Source: Marsupella aquatica (taxonomy: Eukaryota; Plantae; Marchantiophyta). Taken from it: a DNA stretch of 64,000 nucleotides. Under the pieces are notes generated by a model. That model was not told where the DNA came from and searched no databases. It saw nothing but the letters and a program-made list of their open reading frames with translations. Both the position numbers and the translations under genes were made by a program. Below, in pieces: positions 25,735 through 38,100 of this stretch. The stretch is from the NCBI GenBank assembly GCA_973895155.1, contig OZ316897.1:21170260-21234259 (forward strand), in the 5' to 3' direction. Numbering within the stretch: the stretch's first letter is position 1; each line of letters begins with the position of its first letter.

Positions 25735-28700
25735 TCACGTGCTGAAAGACCCAAATTCATCTAGAAGGTTATCTCCTAGTTGGTTTTGGATGTCCAAATT
25801 TATCCCTCCGGGAAGGGTCTCAACAAGAGCTGGCTCAGACCAAACTGACACTAATTTGAACTTATCCATCCTATACTTTCTAGATCGAATAATCTTCTCA
25901 GACTGCTCTATAGAGATGTGTTGACCTTTTGACGGTCCATCAGTCCAAACATAATGAGTAGCACTTGCTTTGAGTGATTTGTAACCAGTTCTACCGATTT
26001 CAGTCCCCGGTTTCCTAACAAAAGGGAGAATTACGGGGCTTCCAGTAGAAGAATCTGTGAAAACAAGCTTATTCTCTGAAGCGCAAAACATTTGGTCCAA
26101 GGGAGAGGACGATGCACCTGCCTCGTCCTGAGGGGGAGTATGGAAGCCACTAGCTTTCTTAGTAGAGAAAATCTCATCCAGTTGAGGAGGGCTTGGAATT
26201 GGTTGGCTAACTGCATCCTGCAAGGTGGATTCCCAGCCAACATCCAAGGTTGAAGACTGTTGTTCACGTTGTGCATCCCCAAGGTCACCCGATGAAGGAA
26301 CACTTGGAACATCGAGATCATCTCGAGCATCATTTCCAAATTCAGGGAGTATTTCACCCTCTTCTTCCATGTAGCTTGTAATTTTCGGGCCCTCCATTTT
26401 GCGATGCTCTAAATTCTCCGCAAATACTTCCTCATAAACACTGGCTTCCACTGGAGCTATGTCTGTGGCCGCCTCTTCTATAAGAACGAGGGGACCAGCA
26501 GTAATTTCCTCAGATGGTAACGGCTCCTTGGGTGGCACATATAAAACTTGCTTGTTGTCATGAAGGAGCTGAGCAAAGGCTTCAGTGAATTCCATCTCTT
26601 GAGCTGTGTCCGAATACACAAAACAATCCCGACCAAGAATGACACAAGCTTTCAATGTCTGTCCTCCAGAGAAGAAATCCAACACTGTATGACCTGGGCA
26701 CGAGAAATAATCAACAAGACGCTTTGTCATTCGCAAAGGCTTTGCTCTCGGATTTACAAAGCCACCACGCCGACCGACCATCTCATAAGATGGGGCCATC
26801 TTCTCCAAAACTTTGACATCAATAGTGGATTCATCGAGCTTCTCTTTCCCATTTGATTGGTCTTTGTTGTTCCCAGTAGGGGCCTTCAAAGGCAAGACTG
26901 TGAAGTCTTTGTCCCACTTCTCACTGTAGTTCCAGAACGCATAAAAGTCATCAAAGAAAATTTGGGACCAGTCTGGTTCCTCTTCACAACAAATTCCCCC
27001 AAAGATGATTGAGTATCGAGCTCCAATGAGAAAATCTCCCTCCTCCTTGGGCACCTGATCACGGTAGTAGCTCCCGTACTCCAGCTTCGTGTGCACTTTC
27101 TTCTCACGACGAATCTTTTCAAAGGCACTCTGAATCTGGCCTATCAATGGGCCTTGACGGACAAAAAAGATTACTAAGACCTCCGTCGAGTTCGCCATCT
27201 GCAAGCAATACTCCAGCAAGACAAAAATTTCGGCATCTGTCCACTACCATTGTCGAATACGACCAAAATCGACAATGGAGAGTGGACACGTCCTTTGCAC
27301 CGAGTCAACAACCTCAGGCTTCATTGTCCTCATCAAATTATCGCTAAAAAATGTGCGATAAGGAGTATCCTCCATTGAAGGCAATCCGCCAAATACCTTG
27401 CAATATATCTGCTCAAGCCTCACAATGAGACTTTGCGGAAATGGGTCTTTTGGCCTATTTCTTTTTAGGAGGTTGGAAATCCAAACCTCTCCAGCAAGTT
27501 GTCTAAGTTTGGGCAACTCACCACGATCCATAAATGCAGGCAACAATTGAGTTAGCTCAAACCAAGTGAGTGAATTGGTAAACCGATCCGGATACTTCAA
27601 AACGAAGTACTCCATAATTTTTACCCTCAGCTTGGTCATGACTTTGAAAGTATGAGCCATATCACTCATTGATTGAATATCAGATTTGTTGGCTTGGTCT
27701 TTCTTCAATAAAACCTTCTGTTGTTGAACGGCAGTAAAAACTTTCAGAATGTCGTCATTACTCAGGTCTCCTTCAAAGCATCTAAACAATGCCGGCGTAA
27801 TCATTTTTGTTGTCCGGGCTTTCCCGTTTATTTTTGAACCTAACTCCCCTAGACCATCCGGAAGAAGTCCCTTGACCCAATCGATGCACATTTGTCTCCA
27901 AGTTCGGAAGAGGTTCTCATCCGAAAACAACAACCAAAAAATATTCCTCAGATCAGATTTTCCAGTCGTTATTTTGGCAAGGGCCATAAAATCCTGGTCC
28001 AAACAGTACAAAACAAATCTGAGGCTCGAGACGATCTCGAGGTAGAATTAAGAAACTATGGTAAAATTTATGGGAGAATACATGAAGATAAATCAAATAC
28101 AGAAACTTGACCTCGAGGCTCGAGACAATCTCGAGCTCGAAGTGGATTTGAGTTCAAATATACCTGGAACTTTTGATGATCCGTTAGTCTATTGGACCCA
28201 ATCACGGGTCTCTCCGGACGGCCACACTCGTCAAACTGTCGACGCGCATGGACCATAGTATCAAGAAAACAGGACTCATACTCCATTGTCTTATTAACAG
28301 CATTTGCCCTTTGTGAGTGTTGAGCAAGTATTGTCCTTGGAGTTCTGTCCGAAAGAATTCGTGACTTCCAATATTGCAGACTCTTCGCGACCTCCTTCAA
28401 CTTTGCATCGCTCTTAGCCCAACCTATGATCCAAACAGCTGCTTTTGCCGAGTGTTGTCCACTGATTGCAAGGAACTGCACCTTCTTATTCTTAACACCC
28501 CACTCAAACTCCTTTCGATCCTCAGCAGTATTCTCATAATGGAGCAACTGCAAACTCTCTCTTGAATACGGAATTAAATTCGCCATAGCTGGTACCATTC
28601 CAGGGTTTCTAACCATGGATTTTGCAACCTCCATGGCATGGTCTTTATTGAACATCCTATAAACCAAAACTGCAGATGGCGAATCTATACTGGTGACAGG

Positions 28701-30678
28701 AATGTCAAAAGTTTCATTCATGCCAAATGTGTAATACTCCTCAATCTCCTTAAGAACTTCGGCTCCTTCCTTAACGCTCTTTTCTCCCGGAGCATCTCCT
28801 GGAGTGCCATCATCATCGGTATGTGCATTCACACCCGAGGAAGATGCCGGAATGAGATCTACCTTGGGCGATGCGGACTTTTTTGGTGGATGAGCCTTCT
28901 TCGATTTGATTTCGGGTTTGTCAACCCTCTTCCTCTTTTGAGACACCTTCGCTTCCTTTTTGTCCGAACCGGAGGTCTTGTCTCCTGCAGCTATGGATTT
29001 CACTTTACCTGTTTGTCTCCGATGAGACAACACCCACTTTTTACAAGCATCCTGGTCAAATTCTCCGGCTCCAAACACAAAATCAGGGGATATAGATTCA
29101 AACTCCCCCAATTTGGATTCCAACATTAGTCTCAAAACCTTCCACGTGAAAGGAGTCGTGAATGCATCATCGCGATCAAGCCCATACTTCCGACAATAAA
29201 GGAATCCAAAAATTATGTCCGCTCCAGATATAGGAGTATCTTCTAGCAAATTACTTGTAGTAAAACCCTCGGGGAAGAAACCCATTGATATCACGCTCAG
29301 TTGTTTCCTGGCTGCACGTTCAATGTTAAGATCGCAAGAGTAGTTTTTGGCGTGAAGTCTAATTAGAGCCCACTTCCCTGTTTCGTGGTTCTCCACCGTC
29401 AAAACCATGTCCTTACCGTTACTCGTCACAATAGAAACAACAGGCCCTAGAAGGCTGCACACCAGAGGATCGACTGATGGAGACTTCGTCTTCACACAAA
29501 TAATAGTTCCTTCCATGTCTTCAGTTTCAGCAAGCTCAATGGCCCAACAGAATCCAAATAAACTCTATCCAGGGCAGGAAATCTCAATTGCATGTTCATC
29601 TTCGACTACCAAATTAGGCGATCCCAATTTCGCACTTGGTACAGCAAAAATGTAGCAATTGTCAGAAACATGTACTACAAAACCAAGATACAAATAGGTG
29701 GCTCGAGATGATCTCGATCTTCAGTTTACTATTAGACATGTTCCAATGCCATTTCATCCGTGGAATTTAAAAAGAGATTTCAAACCCAAGAATCCCAGGA
29801 AACACAATAGGCTCGAGATGATCTCGAGCCACCATCTGTTTAAAAGAAAAAGATAAGGGCTCGAGATGATCTCGATCCACATATATATCAGTTGAGGCTT
29901 TATTCCAACTGGTCCAAAAGGCAAGCTTGGATCACATTGAAAAGGATATTAGTAATTGAAGTAGACAACAAGGAGTCCTTCCAACTGGAAGAAATTGGCC
30001 AAGGGAGACGAATGAACATAAGGGAAGACGGTGTGGGATATATTTGGCTCGAGACGATCTCGAGCCTAACATATCAAATGAGTGATCTGAATATCATATT
30101 CAACAATTAACATCATATTCAATCAACGATAAAAAATCCACTTTCTCCATTAACTTCTGATACCCACAAACCCGTTCGGATGTCAATGATCAGAACGAGT
30201 TGGAGGGCACAGAAGTCCCTGGAGGAAGGAAAATTTAGATATTTTGGATATGATGTTCAATTTTGAAGGGTAAGGGTTTCCAACTTGAAGAAATCTCACT
30301 AGGTCACATGCAGGAATTGCATATTGGCTCAAGACGATCTCGAGCCTCATGCCACTTACATCAAATGCAAAATCAATTAATAGATCATAACTTTTGAAAC
30401 AAAATATTGGAGAAAACATCAATAGGCTCGAGATGATCTCGAGCCTCAACGGCATCCAAGGAATCCAAAAACAAGTGGACCAATTGAAGCTCGAGACGAT
30501 CTCGAGTTAAACCTGAACAGAACAAAGATGAAGAATTACGTTTAATGGTGCGATGGATCTGATGTGCTGAGTCTAGATGGGTCTGGAGCTCTTCGCCAAT
30601 GGTTGCAAGGTTGTACTCAGCGAAGTCCTCCTTGGAGAAATCTACAACAGTCGACATGGCTGGTGATGAGAGGAACAT
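25735..30678 (-). pseudogene. Multi-exon transposon cargo gene: ParB/Srx-like domain + beta-class N4C/N6A DNA-methyltransferase-like domain, with nonsense lesions
   Basis: ParB-like segment IPVTSIDSP..YRMFNKDHAMEVAKSM...FLAISGQHSAKA...ANAVN (~28720-28280). Phase-0 intron 28163-27994 joins KFQ|DFM. In-frame TAG at 27246-27244 and another TAG at ~29565. MTase-like PRAKPLRMTKRLVDYFSCPGHTVLDFFSGGQTLKACVILGRDC (~26751-26620). Likely first exon 30678-~30540; the exons between it and ~29640 are unresolved. Confidence 0.65.
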
Positions 30679-31810
30679 ACTACGGGCTGAGAACTTAAAA
30701 AAAATCTCGAGCCTAAAAAGAAAATCTCGACCCTATCAAAGCTCGACCCTAAACACAAAATCTTGACCCTATAAAATCTCGAGGAAAAAACCTAATCTCG
30801 ATCCTCTGCAATCTCGAGGCTAATAGAAGGATCTCGAGGCAAGAGCGCGAAACGATCTAGAGGCAAGGAGGCAAGGGACGCGAGGAGGCGAAGAGGCAAA
30901 GAGGCGAGGAGGCAAATGTGAAAATGGGGAATTCAAAACCCCTGAAGCCACTATAAGCCCCTCGGGGGTCGGCCTTGGCCGTGCCAAGCGTGCCAGGGCT
31001 CGTGCAGGCTCAAGCAGGCTGCCACGCAACCTGCTGGGTGCGTACAGTCATTATTACGGTCACACGTGTTGTCATTATTGTTATCCGTACTTCAGCCCTG
31101 CTGCAAGTTTAGCCGTGACACAAGTTCAACCATTCCGTCTTATTGCCCTTTTTGTCTGTCAGGGTTTTATATATTGCTTCTCCTTGCTCTTCAGCGGGTC
31201 ATTCTTCTCATTTCATTTCACCGCTCGCTCGTTTCTTCCTCTGCCTCTCTGCTCTCTCTCCCTCTCCCTCTCCCTCTCTCTGGCTCTAGATTTGTGCTCT
31301 GATCTCTTTCTGTTGTTCTTTTCAAGGGTTTTGGAGTCTACGTTTGTGTTTAGGATATTTCGAGAAATTGTCATTTTAAGCCCCGAAGGAGGTCTAAAAT
31401 AATTGAGCTCCTATCTTTTAGAAAACCGAACCTTTTCAGCTTATACTAATGTCGGTCAAAATCCATTTGGAAGCCTTTTCCCTCTATTTGATGGCCTTTT
31501 AGAAGCTTTTTCTCAGTGTCTGGAAGTAAACTGGGAGCCTACTTTCTTAATTGCACCAAATCATTCCTCTAGATCATCTAGAGGCATTTATATGTTCTTA
31601 TTTTGGGTGGCTTATTATTCCTAATAGTTTCTTTGTCAAATACAATGTCCTTTTTGGCTCGAGATCATCTCGAGTCATAAGTTTGGTCCTCAAACTTATT
31701 CACTTTCCCCTTCTTTCTAATGGTGCATTTGGTTTTCCTTCTTATAATAAATGTTTTTAGAGTGTCGGAGGTATAGAATCTTAATTCGATATTCAGTGAG
31801 ATTCATATTT

Positions 31811-32030
31811 TACCTCGAGATCGTCTCGAGCTAAATACTTCTGAATTTTTACATATTGGTGTTTTTGGTCCCTTTTCTACCTCGAGATTGTCTCGAGCTA
31901 AATACTTCTGAATTTTTACATATTGGTTGTTTTGGTCCCTCTTCTACCTCGAGATCGTCTCGAGCTAAATACTTCTGAATTTTGACGTATTGGTGTTTTT
32001 GTCCCTCTTCTACCTCGAGATCGTCTCGAG
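31811..32030. repeat. ~67-bp tandem repeat (3.3 units), each unit carrying the 17-bp CTCGAG palindrome
   Basis: Palindromes at 31814, 31881, 31948 and 32014, separated by ctaaatacttctgaattttt. Confidence 0.9.
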
Positions 32031-33454
32031 GTAGAAGAGTTTCTTATTTTCTCTATCACACAATTTTGTGGGATAAACTTCTACACTTGGGTTTTTGTAG
32101 TCACTTTACCTCGAGATCATCTCGAGGTGATCTCGAGGTAACTACATCCAACGGTTTGGGCCACGTTTTCAAAATGGGGAGTTTCTCTCGAGGGGACAAG
32201 GTGTGCCTCGTAATCGACGGAGTGGAAGTTGCTTGCGGGATGGTCCTCAAGGTTGACCCGGGTGACTCAGTGCGTAATGTTGATTTGGGAAGTAATCGTA
32301 TAGGAGTTCTCATTGAGAAGTGCTATGAGGGATCACAGGAAATTCCTTACCCTTTGCCGCCGATCAGGACCCTGTTTGATGCTGTCGACTCTTGCATTAT
32401 TTGGGATGCCTCTTTTGCATATTTGAAGTCACAGTCAACTCCAGCGACAACGAAAATGGATGCCTCCTGTTCTAGAAAGGATACGGTTCCGGGTTTTGTA
32501 CCAGAGAAATCGTCGGTGGAAATTTTTGGAGAGTGACTCGATTGTATCTGGCGATGAAGTCGAGGTCTGGATCGGCAATCAGATTGTGGCTCGTGGATTT
32601 GTGTTCAAGACGAATCCCGATGAGACATGTCACAATGAAAGACTTGGCACTTCTAGGATTAGTGTGAAAATATGTGAAGTTTTTCAAGGAAGGGAGAGGT
32701 TACCCTTTCCTCACAATGGAGCCGATACCGTTCAGGAAGCATTGGATACTTTTGTATTGTGGAATTTAAAGGATGTTACTCGGAGGAGTTCTTCCCGGGA
32801 TATGCTAAACAACCTGTCCAGACAGGATGTTTTTTCAAATTATAATTTCAAGGATTATAGTTTGCGTTCTAATTGGATGACCGAGGAGGTGGAATTGTAT
32901 GCTGAGGATAATCGGACCAAAGTGGGGGTTGGCATCATCACAGTTCCTTTCAAGTCAGGTGCAATTGATGATGATGTTCTTGGACCAGATCATGTTGGGG
33001 TTGCTGTCACACGCGTGATTGACCCTCTATTTTTCCCAAATATCTCCCCAGGAGTGCCTGGTCTTGTTAGGTGGGCCGTCCGTTCACTTTTGCTGATATC
33101 AAGGGGTATTTTTCTTCTGGATCTCATTGAAGAGGTTTCTCCGAAACCAATTATTGATGGTCGAGATCATCTAGAGGTAGATATGAAAGGTGACACTAAG
33201 TTTTTGAAGCGCCCGTATAATTTCATCAAGAGAACGAAGGTCAACCCAGATGAAAAAAGGAAGAAGCACTTGGAGTCTCGGGCGATACTAAAAATCACAG
33301 AGGAGGAAATCGACTCCATCCAAAGAGAAGGTTGTTGTAAGTTGAAGTGTTGCCTCAGCATGCCGAGAGAAGACCTACAGGAGATAAGGAGGGAATACCA
33401 TGGGATGTCAAGCGACAACAAAACCAGTCACATTCTCACTCTTTTTGGCTGTAG

Positions 33455-35137
33455 CACTAGTACATTTTACCTCTTTTTTCCGATTCTCTCCACATCGGAC
33501 GCCTTTGTAAAATAAAATTTGAAAAACCATATATCCGATACTACTAGCATCGCAACATGCCATTTTAATAGTATCGGATATCGACAATCGGACTTCTATC
33601 GGAAAGTCCGATGGTGGGAGAATGGGAAAGTCCGATGGTGGGAGAATGGGAAAGTCCGATGCTAGGAGAATGGGAAAGTCCGATGGTTAGAGAATGGGAA
33701 AGTCCGATGCTAGGAGAATGGGAAAGTCCGATGGTGAGAGAATGGGAAAGTCCGATGCTAGGAGAATGGGAAAGTCCGAAGCAATCAAAATGGGATATGC
33801 ATTTCAGTGGACGCGATATGTTCAGGTCACCTATCTCTTCCTTTAATTGGGTTTCTACTTTCATTTGGAACTATGAGCTAGGTGCCCATCTCCCTTGACA
33901 TGTGAACTATTCAAATTTTCTCAACTAATTGGTCACCCATCCCAATTGCTATTCCTCCAACATGAGCTTAACTTTGTGGTTCTTATTCCTTACATTGTAC
34001 ATGCAAGCTTAGCACTTTTGTTGTTTGACTTAGAGTGTTTGGGGATTTTATACACTTGTGAGTTTACTAAGACCCATAATTTGGATCCATTCTTGATCCA
34101 TTTTTCTCTATCATGAGATTAGATCTTTGCATCAAGTGACCTATTCTAGTTACCCTATTACATTCCCCTAGGAGAAACCAATAGAAATCTGGCAGGGGTC
34201 ATTCATCGATAGTAAAGCCCTCCTTCATTAGATTTGATATGGGATAATTATGGCTTATTAGTTATGGATGATATTTTGGTCCTTCCAAAGCCTCAGCGTC
34301 AATGGCTCCTGATTGTCTCATCTTTTATCAACTATGTTGTTGTTGGACTTGCAACAAAGACTACATGGGACAAGCAACCTCCTTCTAGATGATGAATTTT
34401 GGACTTGGCATGTTGAGCATATATTTCCGTAAGGGAACAATATGTTGGGTCTTGGAATGAGGCAAAAACAACACTCAAGTCCATTTGCCTCAAGTATGAA
34501 GTTATTCATGCATGCAAGAATGATTGCATCTTTTGGGAAGAGTATGTCGGTGCAACCACATACCCCATCTAACACATCAAAACTTTTCATTCTAACACAA
34601 TCAAAAATTTTCTTTTTGTCATAACCAGTCTTTCCCATACTCCCAGCATCGGACTTTCCCATTCTTCTAGCATCGGACTTTCCCATACTCCCAACATCGG
34701 ACTTTCCCATTCTTCCAGCATCGGACTTTCCCATTCTTCTAGCATCGGACTTTCCCATACTCCCAGCATCGGACTTTCCCATTCTCCTAACATCGGACTT
34801 TGCCATGTTAGCACAATCGGATATAATATCCGTTATTATTAACTACGGAAAGTTTCCGATCAATATTGTAACACACATCATTTTCGTTACAAAAAACATC
34901 GGACATATCAATCAAAGTTTCTGTTGAGGGATCCGATGTGTTTTCTAACGGATATGATCCGTTTTTTAACGCATCGGAAAGGTTCCGTTGTCAATTATAT
35001 CGGAAATGAAGATATCCGAAGCCGAGAGTATGGCATATTGCCATTTTTTGATAATCAGAATTTCCGATGCTAAAAGAATCGGACGCCGATTGTTCGCAAA
35101 AATTGAGCATCGGAAATCAGCTTAATATGTACTAGTG
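33455..35137 (+). mobile_element. Non-autonomous CACTA (En/Spm) element nested in the transposase
   Basis: TIRs CACTAGTACAT / ATGTACTAGTG, 3-bp TSD TAG. Many TCCGAT/ATCGGA subterminal motifs. TnpD remnant WNEAKTTLKSICLKYEVIHACKNDCIF at ~34454-34535. Confidence 0.95.
33601..33780 (+). repeat. 24-bp minisatellite (ggaaagtccgatgStRggagaatg, ~7.5 units) in the CACTA left arm; inverted mirror array at ~34630-34803
   Basis: Read directly; it produces the spurious GEWESPM repeat ORFs. Confidence 0.95.
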
Positions 35138-38100
35138 TAGGGAGAAGGAAGTGGAGACAAAAGGATATTTTGTTGTAAGAAGTAGACTTGTTTGCAAGGG
35201 TGCATTTATTAAAATGCATGGATTCAGCACTGCCAAGTATTATGATTACAAAAATCAATATGAAGCAGGTTGCACGGTTGGATTCCACGGAAACAAGGGT
35301 TCACACAAGACACGGGGAAGCACCTTGCATGCTCGTGCTTTGTTGGAGTCCATTCTAACCCAAAACGGAGAACCCATGCCGCATCTTCCCTATGGAGGGT
35401 CTCACGGGACTGACACGGTTGAGTACAGACTTCCATCTTGTTTCACGAAGAAAGAGATTTTTGAGGAGATATACTCAAAAATGGAATTAGATGGCTACGT
35501 GAAGGTGAGTGAAAACACTATGTATAAACTCTGGAGTGAGTCCTTCATGAATTTTGACTTTCACAAGGGAAGTGCATTTGCAAAGTGTACACTTTGCACT
35601 GAGTTCAAAGATCAGTTGATGCGGGAGAAGAGAAAGAAAGAGCGTTTAGAGATTGAGGAAAGAAGAGCTCGCCATCTTCGTGAGCAAATGTCTAGGATAT
35701 ATGTTTACTATGCTCATAGGGTTCTTGCGAAGAAGGATCCTGAGAACTATCTTTGCATTATACATGACAAGATGGACCAGGCCAAGACATGGATCCCTAG
35801 GTTGGTCCCCACTCCTAAATCATTGTCTGGTAGTGGTCAATCGCTCCCCATTGCGCTCACTGGGATGTTGACCCATGGAAGGGATCCCGGAGTGTATGCT
35901 CACTTCAGTTTTACTGGGCTTTGGCCAGGAGATGCAGACTTCACAGTGACATCATTGGCCAAGTGCCTTAGAGATCTGGAGGATTACAAGGGGGACAAAT
36001 CTGGAGACCTCCTTGAAGGATTATATTGGGCTGCAACGAGGCCAATTTTTCAATCTCTTTTGGACTTTGAAGCATTTCTCGCAGGTTACTTAGAACCCAA
36101 AAAAGTCTCAATTGCTAGATTTCAAGGAGCTGAAGATGACCAAGACGACTTTGGTGTTGATCCCAAGGCTACGTCTACCTCTTTCAAACCATTGCCAAGG
36201 CACCTGACCTTGCAAATGGATAATTCAGGGAAAGATAACAAAAACCAGTACATGATGGCATTTTGCAGTGAGCTTGTTAGTAGAGGGGTTTTTGAAACAG
36301 TGCAGATGTCGTTTCTCATGGTTGGTCACACCCATGAGGATGTCGATGCATTGTTTTCAAAAGTATCCAACCAAGTGAAGTACAAGGAGGTTTCTACCCT
36401 CTTGGGGTTGATGGCTGAGGTTTGGGAGTGTGAAAGCATTCATCCTGTGCCACGGTTGATCCAAGAGGTTGCAGCTTACAAAAAGTTTTTGAAAACTTTC
36501 AAGGTAAAAGATATAGAGGGTCACTCAAAACCAGTGACATTTCTTTTCTCTATGAGAGATAATGTTCCAATATATCAATACAAAGCACATGTGAAACAAC
36601 CTTGGTACCCTCCAACCGGAAGGTCCATTTGGAGAACTGATTCCAGCACCAATGCTCTCATTTTACCAGAAGGTCAACCATTTGCAAAACCCATCTCCGG
36701 GGATGTACGAGGCAAGGTTGAAGAAATCATCCCATTCCTTAATCGTTACATTGAGTTTTTGAAGAAGAGCTGTAAGGATGAGACCTCTACAGCATATCGT
36801 GAGCGGTTTCCTTTGGTGAAATATTGGGAGATGGTGGTGCAAGTATTATCTGGGGAGCTTACAATTGAAGGGGAGGCAGAAATACAGTTAGCATTGACAT
36901 ATGAATTCTGGCCAAAAACCAACCACGGAACTGGTTACAAGGTTAATAGTACAGGAACCTCTGAACCATTGGGGGAGCCTAGTAGTAGTACACAGAATCC
37001 ACAAATGGTGGAGCTTCAGAATGAGTACCTGGAAGAGATGGAGGATCAAGCTGCAACATTTGTTGGTGCTCGACACGAGCGAGAACTTGCACGTTGGATT
37101 CCTCTGCAGGACATTCAAGAGGGTCACTTTGTATTTCTCCGTCCAGAGGATGAATGGGAAAGGAAGAATGGGAAAGAACGTTTCTGGTTGGTGAGAGCTT
37201 TGGGTGTTGTGGACCCAAACCATGAGGTTCCTTCAGGAGACTTGCAATGCAATGAGAATTCTCCTACTAGTACACGGTATGCTCCTATGTTCCAAGTGCA
37301 ATGGTGGAGGCCTAAACATGGTAAGCATGATGCACCGGATCATGTGCGATATTCACGTTGCTTTCAGACCACTAAGACTTGGGAGGTGGATCCTGGGTTT
37401 GACAGTGCCACTGAACGTTGGCAATTTGCTAATTCTGCTATGTATGGATTCAAGTCACGCTCTAGAGAAGAAAATATAATTGATAGAGGTTTGACCATTC
37501 CCAAGAATGTTTTGAAAACACTCAAAACCTACATGGAAGGGATTGTTGAGTAAGTCAAATGTTTTTTAGTAGTCACTCTGTCAGAGTGAGGGAGTCTAGT
37601 ATGTCAATTAGTTTGGAATTAGACATGTCAGAGTGAGGGAGTCTATGTCAATTAGTTTGGAATCAGACATGTCTTTAGTACTTACTGAGTGTTGGTTAGT
37701 ACTAAGTACTAGTATATCTATTTAAGGAACTAATTATTATAATATTTTGGGATACTAGTTTGAATAGGTGGAGGTAATTGGACTTGGATACCTTTATAAT
37801 TGCTTCAATTAATTATTATATCAATACAGACTATATATTACATGAAGTCTTAATATCCATGATAGGATGTGAGTGCCTCTTAGTACTGTCTAGTAAACCT
37901 TAGTTTCAACTCGAGTTGCTTAGAATGTACTAACAAATTACTTGTCTGAATGGATATTTAAACTAAACCCTAAGTAGAAGGTTAATTTAGCTAGCTAAGG
38001 GTAGAGATCATATTGAAGCTTTACTAGTTATATGGGTAGAGATCATATTATTTGAAGCTTTACTAGTTATATGGGTAGAGATCATATTGAAGCTTTACTA

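Larger units (their letters stand above)
32174..37553 (+). pseudogene. Sola-type DDE transposase (DUF7869-like core) with three N-terminal Tnp1/DUF8039-like barrels, disrupted by a frameshift (~32523) and a CACTA insertion
   Basis: ATG at 32174 (MGSFSRGDKV). One extra T in aaatttttgg. Removing 33455-35140 restores FGC-REKEVETKGY in frame. Cys motifs CCKLKC and CTLC; core DKMDQAKT, QMDNSGKDNKN, VGHTHEDVDALFS; stop at 37553. Confidence 0.85.

Noticed and set aside
29700-32130. CRISPR-like array of palindromic repeats
   Set aside because: Eukaryotic context, irregular spacing, repeated rather than unique spacers, and no cas genes.
33565-34814. Repeat-protein ORFs (GEWESPM, GKSDARRM, IGLSHSP)
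   Set aside because: They are translations of the 24-bp CACTA subterminal minisatellite, not genes.
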